Source: a bacterium
GTDB lineage: Bacteria; UBA8248
NCBI GenBank assembly: GCA_965204535.1
Contig: OZ241996.1
Span: 1,056,001-1,120,000 of the forward strand
DNA length: 64,000 nucleotides
Direction of reading: 5' to 3'
Below, piece after piece: positions 63,937 through 64,000 of this stretch. The translations under genes were made by a program, and so were the position numbers. The notes beneath the pieces were generated by a model that ran no database searches, was not told where the DNA came from, and saw only the letters and a program-made list of their open reading frames with translations. Numbering within the stretch: position 1 is the first letter of the stretch; every line of letters starts with the position of its first letter.

Positions 63937-64000
63937 ATGCGTTTTCCCAAAAACGGCCGAAAGGTTTTATAAAGGGCTGCGTAGAAGCCATCCTAGAAGA

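Overview
Mostly housekeeping chromosome of a GC-rich diderm bacterium. LptD, BamD and GmhA are present; the gene orders tsaB-DUF465-ilvB..psd-pssA and atpZ-I-B-E-rex suggest a Nitrospinota/Desulfobacterota-like lineage (inference). Left half (+ strand): uvrA (partial), truA, trpEGDC with a Trp leader peptide/attenuator, a three-gene catabolic insert, pheA-hisC-tyrA-cmk-rpsA-ihfB, macrodomain, miaA-aroK-aroC, nadX, a 2-hydroxyacid dehydrogenase, ilvE, tRNA-Leu(CAA). Right half (- strand): atpZIBE, rex, tsaB, a doubled ilvB-ilvB-ilvN-ilvN block, psd-pssA, lptD, ugd-uxs-gmhA, purB-C-S-Q-L-F, mltD-bamD-sigma-pgsA-plsY. The right end holds katG, an ABC binding protein/permease pair, a dehydrogenase and an MFS transporter. 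No CRISPR array, transposase or prophage was seen. Best leads: (1) two short non-coding elements with related 19-bp terminal inverted repeats and 5-bp target duplications whose unrelated interiors carry GTAG/CGTC REP palindromes, one REP doublet recurring without those ends 53 kb away; (2) the 2+2 AHAS operon with different motif deviations in the two large subunits; (3) an ATP synthase c subunit with an all-alanine AxAxAxA inner helix; (4) an unannotated trp attenuator; (5) a small FYVE-like 8-Cys protein. All calls are by eye; no searches were run.
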